The notes beneath the pieces are model-generated. The model saw nothing but the letters and a program-made list of their open reading frames with translations. It was not told the origin of the DNA and did not search any database. From NCBI GenBank assembly GCA_045106895.1, contig JBGCFM010000216.1, positions 1-16,376 of the forward strand: a stretch of 16,376 nucleotides of DNA. Direction: 5' to 3'. The DNA is from Polyangiales bacterium (lineage in GTDB: Bacteria; Myxococcota_A; Polyangia; Polyangiales; Houyiibacteriaceae). The position numbers and the translations under genes are program-made. Shown here piece by piece: positions 14,807-16,376 of the stretch (the stretch's first letter is position 1; each line of letters opens with the position of its first letter).

Positions 14807-15820
14807 GTGATCCGCACTCGATTCGCTTCTCCGCTCTTCTTCGCTCTCGTCGGCATTCTCTTTTCAGGCTGCCCGACGGACCCCGAGATCATCGACTGGC
14901 AGCCGGCCTTCGACGCGGACAGCTCGGGCTGGATCCTCAGCGTCTGGGGTGCAGAGGGCGAACGCTACGCCGTCGGTGGCCGTCGCCAAGAAGAAGGCGT
15001 GATCATGCACTTCGATGGAAGCGCCTGGAACGAGATCACGAGCTCCATCGATTTTCCGCTGCTCAACTGGGTGTATGGATTTAGCGCCGACGACGTCTTC
15101 ATGGTCGGCAACGACGGGCGCTCCTTCCACTACGACGGTGAGGCGCTGAGCGAGATCGAGACGCCGACGGAGGCCCGGCTCTGGGGCATCTGGGGCGCAA
15201 CACGGGACGACCTCTACGCCGTCGGCGGCAACGGCCGAACCGACGACGTGCCTGTCTTGCTTCACTACGACGGCGTCGCCTGGAGCGAGGTCGCCTACCC
15301 CGAGCTAGAGCGCGCGAACGTCCGAGCGTTCTTCAAGGTCTGGGGGTCGAGCGCCAATGATGTCATCGTCGTCGGTCAGCGCGGCGTTATTCTCCGCTAC
15401 GACGGAAGCACTTGGCAGGAGTTCGGCGCGGGCACCGGCGAAGACCTCATCAGCGTGTGGGGCACCGGACCTGACCGTGTTGTGGCCGTGGGTTCACGCA
15501 CGAATGGCGTCATCGCGACCTGGGATGGCACTGAATGGCGCAGCGGCAGCCTCTCCCCCATGCCGGGTCTGAACGGCGTCTGGACCGGCGACGGGAACAC
15601 CGTCCACGTGGTCGGCGTATTCGGCACAGTGGCGCGAATTGACTTCGATACCTTCGCCGTCGAAGAAGATATCGTCGACGTGGACAACGATTTTCATGCG
15701 ATCTTCGGCGACGGGGAATCGCTCACGGCAGTTGGCGGGAATCTTGCTGCAGGGCTTAACGCCCCCACCTACAACGGCACGGTGTTCGAACGCACCATGA
15801 TCTCCACGGATTCGCTATGA
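14807..15820 (+). CDS. Lipoprotein with xWG-type beta-propeller repeats
   Basis: Signal peptide with lipobox LFSG-C. About seven repeats of xWG....D.xAVG..G.ILHYDG..W (SVWG, WVYG, GIWG, KVWG, SVWG, GVWT, AIFG). GTG start. Confidence 0.87.
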   Translation: MIRTRFASPLFFALVGILFSGCPTDPEIIDWQPAFDADSSGWILSVWGAEGERYAVGGRRQEEGVIMHFDGSAWNEITSSIDFPLLNWVYGFSADDVFMVGNDGRSFHYDGEALSEIETPTEARLWGIWGATRDDLYAVGGNGRTDDVPVLLHYDGVAWSEVAYPELERANVRAFFKVWGSSANDVIVVGQRGVILRYDGSTWQEFGAGTGEDLISVWGTGPDRVVAVGSRTNGVIATWDGTEWRSGSLSPMPGLNGVWTGDGNTVHVVGVFGTVARIDFDTFAVEEDIVDVDNDFHAIFGDGESLTAVGGNLAAGLNAPTYNGTVFERTMISTDSL

Positions 15821-16376
15821 CCATTAAATCACGAGCGCTCGTTTCGCTTCTCCTCGGCAGCGTCCTTCTTCCGGGTTGCCCAGACCCCATCGACCCCCCG
15901 CTTCCGCCCGTCGCCGAAGGCATCTTTGCGCCGATGGGCGAGATTCGTCCTTCGGCCACGGAGGAAGAGCGCGCGACCTTCGCGCGCGGCGAAGAGGTGG
16001 CGCGGCGACGCTTTACGCCGGAAATGGGCCTGGGTCCGAGCTTCAACGTGACCTTCTGCGGCGCGTGCCATGAGAAGCCGGTCTTCGGTGGCTCCGCCGG
16101 GCGTTACCGCGACTTCCTCCTCGTCGAACAGATCGTGTCCGACGGGAGCCGAGTTGCCCTCGGCTCCAACGGCGTCTTGCCGCAATACAACCTGGAGACC
16201 GGCCGCCGACCCACTGAAGAAGCGGCGAACCACTTCGGACGTCGAAACCCGATTCCATTCTTCGGCGTGGGTCTCCTCGCGGAGATCCCCGAAGAGGCGA
16301 TTCTCGCCAACGCCGACGCGGATGACGCGGACGGCGACGGCATCAGCGGCCGCCCGAACGTCGACCGCGGCTTCGT
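15817..16376 (+). CDS. Di-heme oxidoreductase family (DUF1111/DHOR) lipoprotein, 3'-truncated by window edge
   Basis: Missing from the ORF track because it has no stop in the window. Manual translation gives MTIKSRALVSLLLGSVLLPG-C..., FARGEEV, GLGPSFNVTFCGACH (CxxCH at 16057-16071), RRNPIPFFGVGLLAEIP, ADADDADGDGISGRPN. ATGA overlap with the upstream gene. Confidence 0.88.
   Translation, partial: MTIKSRALVSLLLGSVLLPGCPDPIDPPLPPVAEGIFAPMGEIRPSATEEERATFARGEEVARRRFTPEMGLGPSFNVTFCGACHEKPVFGGSAGRYRDFLLVEQIVSDGSRVALGSNGVLPQYNLETGRRPTEEAANHFGRRNPIPFFGVGLLAEIPEEAILANADADDADGDGISGRPNVDRGF

Noticed and set aside
1..16376. CRISPR array, tRNA/rRNA, IS element or prophage genes
   Set aside because: No regularly spaced repeats, cloverleaf or rRNA signatures, or transposase/integrase motifs were seen. 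The window is almost fully protein-coding.

Overview
High-GC bacterial chromosomal DNA. The gene set (WGR-domain fusion, xWG-repeat lipoprotein, di-heme DUF1111 lipoprotein) suggests a myxobacterium-like host, which is an inference. The left ~3.1 kb is an accessory patch, locally lower in GC, of small ORFs that look like orphan polymorphic-toxin immunity genes. It holds one clear YrhB/Imm35-type gene, a likely frameshifted neighbour and a degraded second YrhB-like fragment, with a TsaA/TrmO-family methyltransferase between them. The rest encodes, in order: a double zinc-ribbon membrane protein, a cytochrome P450, a two-domain SUFU-like protein, glyoxalase II, a WGR/Lys-rich/ankyrin/beta-propeller/DUF1963 fusion, an Old Yellow Enzyme, an Rv1683-like hydrolase/acyl-CoA ligase fusion, and the start of an operon pairing a lipoprotein with a di-heme (DUF1111) protein. 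Several genes have a TANNNT hexamer 5-6 nt before the start codon and no usable Shine-Dalgarno, which suggests leaderless mRNAs. I found no RNA genes, transposases, CRISPR arrays or convincing attC sites. All family calls come from motif recognition by eye; no database search was run.
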